Source of the DNA: a virus
Taxonomy: Duplodnaviria > Caudoviricetes
Length of the DNA stretch: 64,000 nt
Virus record (IMG/VR): IMGVR_UViG_2744054526_000001
Location: 1-64,000 of that record
Direction: 5' to 3' (one strand)
The notes under the pieces: model-generated
Database searches by the model: none
Told to the model about the DNA's origin: nothing
What the model saw: the letters and a program-made list of their open reading frames with translations, nothing else
Position numbers and translations under genes: made by a program
Shown: piece after piece, positions 49,444-58,548 of the stretch
Layout of the letters: each line of letters opens with the position of its first letter
Position numbering within the stretch: position 1 is the stretch's first letter

Positions 49444-49651
49444 CTTAAATCTCCGTAATAATTAACTGACTGAATATGAAATGATTCTAAAGAGGGGGGC
49501 GGACAGGGTATGGACATGGAATGAACTATTTTTTATCTGCCACCGAAGGCAGGCCCGACGCGGCATTCCGTAGAATACGGTGATAAAACACCCAACCCAA
49601 TGGAGGTAAAACGGACAGGGAGTGTCCCTTCCCAACATGCTGATAACAAGC

Positions 49652-50476
49652 TCAGGACTGAAGCCCATTCAGCATCGCTTCCGCCATCACCCAGAGAGCC
49701 CGGTTGAGCTTCACATCTCCGTCAATACCACGCACGGCGCGGGTATGCGTTCGCCCACCTTTCGCACTCCGGCCACTGAGCCCGCCCTTAATCAGGTTCT
49801 CCTGAATACGCTGGTATGTGGTCCACAGGTCGTTGCTCTCATCCTGCCAGCGGCGTGGGGAGAGTATCTGAGGTGCTGTCACCGGCTGGTGGTCCTCACC
49901 GAAACGGTACGTCAGTGCAGCCTGTGCCAGAGCCTGTTGTGCAGGTGGCGGCAGCATCAGCGACTGCATGGCATCCCGCTTCTCTTCCACACGGTCAAAA
50001 ATCCCCAGCACCTCATACGCTCCCTCAATCACCTGGCTTACGACATCTCCTTTGTGCGGCACCCGCACCTCGCCAAACGACTCGCCGCAGACGAGCCCGT
50101 TCTGGCATACCGCGCGGAATAATCCCGGCAGCATCTGATACGAGCTGGTGCCGTCATGAGAGTTCAGCAGAATGATTTCCGGGACTTGCTTGCCGGTAAT
50201 CTGCCCTTCTCGGCGCAGGCGCAGCATGTGCTTTGTGTGATCGCGGCGACCTGGGTCACGCACTCTGGTCTGACAGGCAAAGAAGGGCTGAAAGCCTTCG
50301 CGCTGCAGGCTGTCGAGGAGAGAAATCGTGGGTATATATGTGTATCGTTCACTGCGGGATTCGTGTTTGTCCTCGCTGAAAACGCTGGGCACCACAAGAA
50401 ACAGTTCTTCGCGGGTTAACGGACGGTCGCGACGGATAAGATTTACTGCGCCAAAGCGCGAAGCCAGACGGGTCAT
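49652..50476 (-). CDS. yafZ: DUF932 protein
   Basis: RSERYTYIPT, KHMLRLR, LLNSHDGTSS. Confidence 0.9.
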   Translation of the reverse strand: MTRLASRFGAVNLIRRDRPLTREELFLVVPSVFSEDKHESRSERYTYIPTISLLDSLQREGFQPFFACQTRVRDPGRRDHTKHMLRLRREGQITGKQVPEIILLNSHDGTSSYQMLPGLFRAVCQNGLVCGESFGEVRVPHKGDVVSQVIEGAYEVLGIFDRVEEKRDAMQSLMLPPPAQQALAQAALTYRFGEDHQPVTAPQILSPRRWQDESNDLWTTYQRIQENLIKGGLSGRSAKGGRTHTRAVRGIDGDVKLNRALWVMAEAMLNGLQS

Positions 50477-50574
50477 AAGCAGACTCCTCATGATGGAAAA
50501 TAAATACAAAAAGCCCTGCCGCAAAGTCGCGGCAGGGCTCAGGAAACTACGGGTTAGATTAGAAGGGTTAATTT

Positions 50575-51438
50575 TCAGAAGAAGAAATTCCAGACTGCAC
50601 GAGCGACTGATACCACGATGTCGCGTACAGACTGGATGACTGTCCGAACCGGGGCCGGTATCAGGGGCATGGAACTTACTGTGTCCAGTACCGAGCCGAC
50701 CGTTTCACCAAAATCGTCACGGGCTTTTTTATTAACGGTATCGGTACGAAGTGGAGCACTAAGCTGTACCGCTACCGGACTACTGGCCTCCCGCGGCAGG
50801 CAACGAATCATCCGTTCAGCCATCACCCGCAGTCCCCACTGCAAACGTACCGACACCGCACAGACAGGGTTTACAGGTTGGAACAACTCATGCAATAGAC
50901 AGATTTTGCGGCTGATATTTTGTTTCTGTTCTGTTGACAGCTTTTCACCACCGCAGGTGGGGTCAACCTTGTCGGACTGACTGATAACAAAGAGCACCTT
51001 TTGCCGGTATGCCCCGCCAATCACCTGATGATAAAAATGCTCATCCACCGCCAGTGCCCGGTCATCGGCCTTGATCAACCACAGCACCAGGTCGAGCCGG
51101 GGAAGCTGTTGACAATACAGCGCGGCATACTCGTTATCGCGAACGCTACTTTCGCCCACACCGGGCAGATCCACGATGGTCATATAGCGCTTTCCCAGCT
51201 GCAGGCGAAAGCGCAAAGGTTCACGTGTGCAGGCGGCCACGTCGCTGACCGGTGAAACGTCCCCGGCAAACAGCGCATTGCACAGACTGCTCTTGCCTGC
51301 GCCGGTTTTCCCCATAATGCCTATTGTAGGCTCGTAGTGGGTTAACTGATTTATCTGCTGCAGAATGCGTTCAGAGACCCACTGGGGCAGGCCGGAAAGC
51401 GTTTGCTGCAGTGACTGCAGACCGTCAAATTGTTTCAT
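50575..51438 (-). CDS. ykfA: YkfA/YeeP-family GTPase
   Basis: GKTGAGKSS, DLPGVGE, SQSDK. Confidence 0.9.
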   Translation of the reverse strand: MKQFDGLQSLQQTLSGLPQWVSERILQQINQLTHYEPTIGIMGKTGAGKSSLCNALFAGDVSPVSDVAACTREPLRFRLQLGKRYMTIVDLPGVGESSVRDNEYAALYCQQLPRLDLVLWLIKADDRALAVDEHFYHQVIGGAYRQKVLFVISQSDKVDPTCGGEKLSTEQKQNISRKICLLHELFQPVNPVCAVSVRLQWGLRVMAERMIRCLPREASSPVAVQLSAPLRTDTVNKKARDDFGETVGSVLDTVSSMPLIPAPVRTVIQSVRDIVVSVARAVWNFFF

Positions 51439-51463
51439 TACTGCTCCTCTGAAAAAGAATACA

Positions 51464-51493
51464 AAAACGGCAGAACCATAAGGTTCTGCCGTT
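51464..51493 (-). terminator. Hairpin/terminator upstream of ykfA
   Basis: AACGGCAGAACC-ATAA-GGTTCTGCCGTT. Confidence 0.6.
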
Positions 51494-51933
51494 AAGGGGT
51501 ATGTTCAGGGAGGTGATATCTGTCTGAAGTTTTTTATAATGCTGGTATGCGTTTCCATTCGTTGGACTCACGGCACTAGCGAACCGTCTGAAGCAACGAG
51601 GGATCTGTTATGAGCGATGTACAGCTATTCGAACCCTGATAATTACACTTTGAAGTGATTCAGGGTATCCCCAAAAGTTTAAATCATTAAACCCGACAAC
51701 GTAGATACCTGCATAACTTCTATCACACCTCACAGAAAGGTAGCACTGACAACTGGTACTCCACTCAATTTATATATCATCAAGAAGTTATCAGCGTTGT
51801 AAGCCACCAAGAACCATAAAAAACGTTTAATTCTTACTGCAAGATGAAATCAAGCTCACTATAAAACCCTTGCTAATTCGGTTAGCATATCCCTAATTTT
51901 TTTAGGGCAGAAAATGCAATAAGGAAAATCTGA

Positions 51934-53841
51934 ATGCTCAGAAGGTTCCGGTTAGAGCGGAAGTCTGACTATGAAAAGCTGGTAATTGCTCAGCGTCTGG
52001 CGGACATGCTTGAGAAATTCTTAAGTGGAAGGCTGGCACCTCTGTCGATTGGTGCTGAACAAGGTGGCATTGAGGAGTGGGACGATGTGGTAATCATGCA
52101 CACCGCAGACCACTATGAGCATTTACAGATTAAGCGTCAGTCGACTGACTTTTGTACCAAAGATCCTGATAAAGCTGTACAACTCGCTAAAAAACCCAGA
52201 AAGGGTTCCTCGCCCATCTCCCCGACCAATTCCGTTTTAGACTCGGCATTTTCCAGTCTTGCCAGAATCGCGAAAGCGGGAAAACTTGATGAATCTCCTA
52301 ACCGTGAGTTTAGACTCACCCTCGTGGGTCTGCATCTACAAATAAAAGATAGTTTTTCAGTCAATCATTTAGAAGAAGTCTGTGATCTTTGTCGTCAAAA
52401 TGGACTCAGTATAGAGGAATTAGCTAAGCGTCAGGATGGTCCAACCACGAGGGCTTATTTATGGCTAACAACCTGGTGTGGATTCGAAGACTGGAGTCAG
52501 ATACGAAATGTACTTCGCCGGGTTAAAATCAATTGTATCGGTAACGATGCGACATTAAAAGATCGGACAATTCACTCGCTTGGTCGTTACTTCAGCGATC
52601 CGAATCGTACACTGGACCGTTTAATTACCTATATCGCGGCAGAAACATCTGACGTAGCAGCCTTGGGATGCCATGACGTCGTCCAGGAACTGCGAAGTGA
52701 ACTGCGCCCTGATGTTGAAACCTGGGTGCAGTATCAGTTAAGCGACGGTTCTACTATGGCTGGTAAAACTTGGTCATTAGCCGGAACGCTTGATCTTGCC
52801 GGTTCAACAGAAAGGTCCGCAAAAGGGGTCGTTGAGCACATGTGGAGTCGTGAGCCCGGCAACCGCAAACTCAGAGTTTATGCCAATTACTCCCCCCCTG
52901 CAGGCGATAATCTGACTCTTCTTTCTGCCATTGTGCGTATGGCTTTGCATTTACCCCAAGGCAGTCAGGGGCTGATGTTAGGTGAACCAGCGTGGCGTAG
53001 TAGCATTGGTCATGAAATTGGACACACACTTGGCTGTGCAGAACATGACTTCAGCGACCTACCTTGGCTTGAAAATGCCGAACGCCTATCCTGTGCACAG
53101 GATTATGAATTTAAGACAGTAAATGCTGCTCGAGGAGAAGCTGAAGCGCTTGCTAAAGCTATGGACGACGTGCTGTGGCAACGCCTTCTTCAAGGGGTTT
53201 CAGAAAAGCTTGGCTCAATCTCAGATTCGGCGCTAGCAGATGCGATGGAGACGGTTTGGCAGTCATGGCTGAGCGGGTTCGCAGCTGCACCAGAAAAACG
53301 CCGAAAATTCATGGAGCAGCTTCTCTATCCGAAAACGGAGAAAAAAAATGAAAGACATGCGCTTCGCCTGGGCCTTCGTACTTTAAATCTTCTTGTTACC
53401 GCTGTTGAAACCTTATTACTGGTTGCTGTGGGTTTGCCTGAGGACAGTAATAACTGGGAATCTTTTCAGGAAGGTGGCCCAGTATTGAGCATTGCTCTTA
53501 AGTACTGGTCTGGTCCTGCGGGTGGTTTTTCGGGAGTACGTGAGCTTTCTGACGATCCGTTAATAGACGTTATTGGCCCTAATCCGGATCCCATCGTTAT
53601 CTTATCGGGTGTGAGTACATCCCCATCAGAATTATTGAATATAGGTATGGCTGACGACGCAGAGACTGCGACCAGTATGGCCGCGGAGCGTCAACCTCAC
53701 CTGCTCGTCACGCGGTCTGGTATGTTTCGTCATTTACATAACGGAACACTTGACTCCGTACGCCAACATTTCACTAAGCAGTGGCAAGATCGAAAGCTCG
53801 CTCGTGAATCGGCCATTGAGAAGAATGCGAAGGGATCCTGA
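51934..53841 (+). CDS. Lamassu/ABC-three-component effector with N-terminal PD-(D/E)xK nuclease-like domain
   Basis: E..WDDV...HLQIKRQ motif; first gene of a three-gene operon with an SMC ATPase. Confidence 0.65.
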   Translation: MLRRFRLERKSDYEKLVIAQRLADMLEKFLSGRLAPLSIGAEQGGIEEWDDVVIMHTADHYEHLQIKRQSTDFCTKDPDKAVQLAKKPRKGSSPISPTNSVLDSAFSSLARIAKAGKLDESPNREFRLTLVGLHLQIKDSFSVNHLEEVCDLCRQNGLSIEELAKRQDGPTTRAYLWLTTWCGFEDWSQIRNVLRRVKINCIGNDATLKDRTIHSLGRYFSDPNRTLDRLITYIAAETSDVAALGCHDVVQELRSELRPDVETWVQYQLSDGSTMAGKTWSLAGTLDLAGSTERSAKGVVEHMWSREPGNRKLRVYANYSPPAGDNLTLLSAIVRMALHLPQGSQGLMLGEPAWRSSIGHEIGHTLGCAEHDFSDLPWLENAERLSCAQDYEFKTVNAARGEAEALAKAMDDVLWQRLLQGVSEKLGSISDSALADAMETVWQSWLSGFAAAPEKRRKFMEQLLYPKTEKKNERHALRLGLRTLNLLVTAVETLLLVAVGLPEDSNNWESFQEGGPVLSIALKYWSGPAGGFSGVRELSDDPLIDVIGPNPDPIVILSGVSTSPSELLNIGMADDAETATSMAAERQPHLLVTRSGMFRHLHNGTLDSVRQHFTKQWQDRKLARESAIEKNAKGS

Positions 53842-53842
53842 A

Positions 53843-54442
53843 ATGCCGACAATCCAAGAACTCGTTACTGCTATAACCAAGCGTGCTAAGGGCCGCTATG
53901 AAGTTCATTTTCCAGATGTGGACGAAATGGTTTCACCCTCAATTGATATCGGCATGACTGCAATACAACTCAGACGCATTAATCGGGAGAATGCTGGATG
54001 GCGAACAGTGCTGATCACAGCATTTCCTAGTAACGTGGATAATATCCAGAGTGCTTTCCGATGGGCCGCTGATATCCGAGACATACTTGCAGAGCCTCAG
54101 ACAGCAGACCTTTACATGTTTATGCTCATCGATGGAGTTGAGTCAGAAGATGCTGCCCGTTTTGAAACGGACGATCGATTTTGCAGGAAGGTGGTGCTCA
54201 GAAAGCAGGAAGATATTGACTCCTTCCTTGATCGAAGTTTTCTGGCGTCTTTAACACCTGCGAGAGGTGGGAATGATATCAGCGATCCTCTGCTAGCGTC
54301 TCTGAACTCGATGGGGCAAGCACACTCTTGGGTAGAACCTCATCTCGAAACATGGCGTGAATTGTTGCTCTCTGAGAAATCTGGCGATGAAATTGTTAAT
54401 GCGCTGAGGGATATGATGTTTGGAGAGAAGGACTTTCAATGA
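53843..54442 (+). CDS. ABC-three-component middle component (LmuC-like)
   Basis: 199 aa; DLY..E.DDRFCRKVV; coupled to both neighbours. Confidence 0.65.
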   Translation: MPTIQELVTAITKRAKGRYEVHFPDVDEMVSPSIDIGMTAIQLRRINRENAGWRTVLITAFPSNVDNIQSAFRWAADIRDILAEPQTADLYMFMLIDGVESEDAARFETDDRFCRKVVLRKQEDIDSFLDRSFLASLTPARGGNDISDPLLASLNSMGQAHSWVEPHLETWRELLLSEKSGDEIVNALRDMMFGEKDFQ

Positions 54443-57423
54443 AACAACTTAAATCTATCACGCTCTCAAATGTCCGCCGATACGGTACCGACACCAAAAT
54501 TGAGCTCAGTGGCGGTGCAACCATTTTACTGGCCCCTAACGGTACGGGGAAAACGGCCTTCTTCGAAGCGATCGAATTTAGTCTCACGGGTAATATTTCT
54601 CGTCTAGGCGAGAATCTTTCACCCATTATCAGGGACAGCCAGACTGTCGCTAAGGTGGTCTTGGATTTTGGGGATGTACAAGCCTCTGCGCAGGTGAGCA
54701 ACGAAGGTGACGTCGAAAGGACTGGTGATTTAAGCTCTCTTTTTCCGGATACGAATTCGGAGGACATCCCCTTTTTATTAAGACTTACCCACTTACTGGA
54801 TCAGCGCGAGGGCCAATGGCTGGTCAAAGCGGATGCAAAAGTTGCGGGCGCTCAACTGGCTCGCTTGCCAATCGGTAAAGATGGAACCCTAGTTAGTAAT
54901 GCTCTTGGCGGCATTCGCCGCGTTCTCACTGAAAAGCTGAAGCAAGCAAAGGGAGCCCTTGAGGCGCTCGAAGCTGAGTTTGGGGAGTGGCAAAGTCTGA
55001 TTCTTGATCGGGACCAGGCGGCATCACAATCTCAGGGGGCCCTGCGCAGTAAAGAAAACATCGCAGAATCAATCTCAGACATAGCTCGCAATACTCAGAG
55101 TGCAGAACAATTGCCAGTAGGTTTACTGGTTCCGCCAGTGGGTATCAGCAATCTGGAAACAATGCACGAGGCATTAGAGCAAACAGTACAAGCAAAGCTG
55201 AACCGACTTCGCGAACAGATTACTGCGCTTATGGAAGTGGATGGACTAATTGGCCGGTTCGTTTCTGAGCAAGCGCGTTCTGAGCAGCTTGGCAATGCGC
55301 TTATAACTGCTAAAGAGGAACTGACACAAAAACAACAGGAACGAGCCCAGCTAGTTGATAAAAAAGATAAACTCCAGAAGGAACTTGTCACAGCTGAAGC
55401 AGAACGTGATGTAATTATACAGCAGCTTAACCGGCTCAATAGTGAGGCGCGAACCAAAGAGGCCTTCGAGCAATGTAAGCTTGACTTGGCGTCAGCTGAC
55501 AAAGCGTTGGCCGACGCCCAGTCTCTGGCATCAACCTTGCGTCACATACATGAGGGGAACGAACAGCTACGTATTGAACATGAACTTATAAATAAACAGC
55601 GTAAGTCTCTGCAGCTTGTAGATAGTGAAGTACTCACTGCTCATCAACTTATCAAGCGCTGGGAAGACATTCTTCAACACATTGCGACAATTACCGACTT
55701 GGTTAGCAATGAGGAAATTCAGGAGCGTGTACTTCAGGAGCATCTTCATACCGCGAATTCGTTAAAGGTATCAGCTGAAACAGATGAGCTTTCAGCGAAG
55801 CAGTTCCATGAGATGCTCACGTCTACTGCTGACTCTATAAGGCAATCCGTAGCCACCATTGCCGCACATTTACCAGAGGATCGCGGGGACTGCCCTTTAT
55901 GTGGAGTGGAACATGGCGCTGCCGTTCTTCATAAACGCATTACTAGATCATTAGAGGCTATAGACCCCAAAGTCATCGAAGCAGAACAGCGCGTTAAAAC
56001 AGCATCCGATCACTTGCGGAAATGCATAGAAACAGTGACGCATACCGAAACAGAATTGAAAGCGTGCCAGAGTAAAATTGTTGAATTGCGAGGCGATATC
56101 GTTCGCTCAGTAGCAGAGATCAATCAACTCAAAACAAACATCCTTCTTGACGGAGATACGGTACAACTAGCGAAAGCATCTATCCAACGTCGCGAAGAAT
56201 CAAATGCTTCAGCGAAACAGCAGATTGACGAAAAACAGCTTAACCTTGCCCCCTTACCGACACCTGAAATATTGGAAGCGTCTAAAAACGCATACCAATT
56301 GTCGACTCGCGAACTGGATACTGCGCGGCATAATCGGGCCGGAGCCTTGGCTAGCCTTGAACAAACAACCGCTGCATTAGCTGCAATAACAGCAGGGGCA
56401 CTCCCTTCAAAAACGTTGGCTGATTTATCCACTGAACAAAACAAAAATACGATTCAACTAGCTGAATTAAAATCAAAAATTGAGGCTGGGCAATCTGCAT
56501 TGGATAGACAGAATATCCCTTTAGCTGAAGTTAATAATAAGATAAATGGCCTCGAAAAGCAGATCACTGACGCTCATGCTCAGCTAGCCTCAATTCGGTA
56601 TTCATGGAGACAACTGTCCTTTCCCGGCGATCCCGCTCTCGAAGTGGCGAGCAGTAAAGAGATTCAACTGCAGTCATCCGTTGCTGACCTGTCCCGACAT
56701 TCAGAACAGTTACAAACACTCAAAATTGAGATTGGCACTTGGAACAAGCTGGAACAGACTCGTTTGGCACAAGGGCTTATAGATCGTCGCCGAGGAACAT
56801 CATCTGAGCAGGAATTCGCTACAAGTCTTAGCCAGCGAATTGATAACGAGAGAACAAATCAGATGCAGTTGCTGCAATTATCTGAAGCGATGGAGACGCT
56901 CAATCGATGCCTATCTACTGAGATCTCGAATGTACAAAAACATGTGCTCTCTGTCGTTCCAAGGTGGCAGGCTTTGCTCAAACGCGTAGTCAGAGAACAG
57001 CGCTTTACTGGCACCAGTTTGGGTTTTCGCAGTATCTACAGAAAGGAACATGCTGAAGTATCTGTTCCGTTACATGGGGAGTCAGTACCGGTTCCGGCGA
57101 TAGCAAGCGAAGCTCAGCTTACTGATCTACAGCTTACCTTCTTGCTCTCCATGGCATTGGAACACCAGTGGTCCTCATGGCGCTGCCTGCTTCTGGATGA
57201 CCCAACACAGCATCATGACTTGGTCCACGCAGCGTCCGTATTCGATTTACTGCGTGATTACATAGTTGATCATGGCTTCCAGGTTGTAATTGCAACACAT
57301 GATGCCCTTCAGGCGCGTTATTTCATGCGCAAACTGCAAAATGATGGCATTGATGCACGCTTGTGGTCACTCGTTCCTACACCTGAAGGGGTGACGGCAT
57401 CTGAGATGCGGATAACCAGGTAA
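54439..57423 (+). CDS. Rad50/SMC-like ABC ATPase (LmuB-like)
   Basis: Walker A APNGTGKT, coiled coils, Zn hook CPLCG, signature ASEAQ, Walker B LLDDP, THD. Confidence 0.9.
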   Translation: MKQLKSITLSNVRRYGTDTKIELSGGATILLAPNGTGKTAFFEAIEFSLTGNISRLGENLSPIIRDSQTVAKVVLDFGDVQASAQVSNEGDVERTGDLSSLFPDTNSEDIPFLLRLTHLLDQREGQWLVKADAKVAGAQLARLPIGKDGTLVSNALGGIRRVLTEKLKQAKGALEALEAEFGEWQSLILDRDQAASQSQGALRSKENIAESISDIARNTQSAEQLPVGLLVPPVGISNLETMHEALEQTVQAKLNRLREQITALMEVDGLIGRFVSEQARSEQLGNALITAKEELTQKQQERAQLVDKKDKLQKELVTAEAERDVIIQQLNRLNSEARTKEAFEQCKLDLASADKALADAQSLASTLRHIHEGNEQLRIEHELINKQRKSLQLVDSEVLTAHQLIKRWEDILQHIATITDLVSNEEIQERVLQEHLHTANSLKVSAETDELSAKQFHEMLTSTADSIRQSVATIAAHLPEDRGDCPLCGVEHGAAVLHKRITRSLEAIDPKVIEAEQRVKTASDHLRKCIETVTHTETELKACQSKIVELRGDIVRSVAEINQLKTNILLDGDTVQLAKASIQRREESNASAKQQIDEKQLNLAPLPTPEILEASKNAYQLSTRELDTARHNRAGALASLEQTTAALAAITAGALPSKTLADLSTEQNKNTIQLAELKSKIEAGQSALDRQNIPLAEVNNKINGLEKQITDAHAQLASIRYSWRQLSFPGDPALEVASSKEIQLQSSVADLSRHSEQLQTLKIEIGTWNKLEQTRLAQGLIDRRRGTSSEQEFATSLSQRIDNERTNQMQLLQLSEAMETLNRCLSTEISNVQKHVLSVVPRWQALLKRVVREQRFTGTSLGFRSIYRKEHAEVSVPLHGESVPVPAIASEAQLTDLQLTFLLSMALEHQWSSWRCLLLDDPTQHHDLVHAASVFDLLRDYIVDHGFQVVIATHDALQARYFMRKLQNDGIDARLWSLVPTPEGVTASEMRITR

Positions 57424-57511
57424 CCTAACAGCGCTGGGCCAGGTGATAAAGCAGGGCTGTTAGGATCTCAACCTGAGAAAACTCGAGGGCTGTTCATTTT
57501 AGGAGGAAAGG

Positions 57512-58444
57512 ATGGAATCTGCTCGTGACAAACGCACCGGAGAAAAAGTGGATGCTGAAGAGCTCTGGTTGTTGGATATCGTTGATACCAGTGGTTATGT
57601 TTGCTGGGGATGCGGAATCGAAATGTATCCTTCCGCCTGGCAAAAAGGCAGTAAGAAAAGACCGTCGTTTAATAAAATGCCAGGAAAAGAACACATCAAC
57701 TGCGATGCTGATGCTGAGAGCACTGTTGTTAAGCAGGGCCAGAAGAAAAGCGTCCGCCATCTCTTGGACAGTGCACCGGGTTTGATGCCTGCAGGGTTAA
57801 AGTTGATTGAAAAACGCCCGGTTGTTGATCCTGACACAACGGGTGGTGAAAACAATTCGAGCACAACGCGTTCTGCATCATCAACATCCAGTAAAGGCAA
57901 TCCCCCAACACGGCAATCGCGTCGTCCGGTTAATGCTATTCGTCAGATTTGTAGAGCGTTTATTCGTTTCCCGTATGATCGAGGTATGTCACTACATATA
58001 CCGGATATTGATGCCGATACTTACATGACTGTCTTTAAAAAACTTAAAGATCCGATTCAGCCCTATCCGGAACTGCGAGTTTTCTACTCACAGTTGTTGT
58101 GGCAGAAATTTGAGCAAGATGAGAATCGGATTGTCATTCCGCTTTCGGGAGAATGGGTTAAAGATGAATCCGGAAAGCTCAAGCCTTCTCGAAGTTATAA
58201 ACTCCATGTGGAATGGAGCGGCTGGTCCCAAGCTAAACGCACAGCACTTCGTAACGAGTTGGAGGCCGCCCAGGAAGAAGCGAAAGATGCGGGGAAGAAA
58301 AAGCTAAAAGACAGGGCTCAGATTTTCTTCATCGGTGAGCAAAGTACTGAGGACCATGAGGTCTTCTATGTAGCCGATTACAGGTTGATTTGTGCGATCA
58401 TTGGGCATATCACTTATCCGAGAATTGAAAATATAATCAGGTAG
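57512..58444 (+). CDS. Hypothetical protein (N-terminal CxxC..H..C Zn-binding-like)
   Basis: 310 aa with AGGAGG RBS; lies between two defence operons. Confidence 0.75.
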   Translation: MESARDKRTGEKVDAEELWLLDIVDTSGYVCWGCGIEMYPSAWQKGSKKRPSFNKMPGKEHINCDADAESTVVKQGQKKSVRHLLDSAPGLMPAGLKLIEKRPVVDPDTTGGENNSSTTRSASSTSSKGNPPTRQSRRPVNAIRQICRAFIRFPYDRGMSLHIPDIDADTYMTVFKKLKDPIQPYPELRVFYSQLLWQKFEQDENRIVIPLSGEWVKDESGKLKPSRSYKLHVEWSGWSQAKRTALRNELEAAQEEAKDAGKKKLKDRAQIFFIGEQSTEDHEVFYVADYRLICAIIGHITYPRIENIIR

Positions 58445-58548
58445 TTGAGTTGCAATTTTTAACAAGTTGATAACCGAGGCGACATCTTTAATAAACCTTG
58501 CCCTGGGATTTGAATCTTCCATCAGCCAAGAGAAAAAAGGATAAATAG

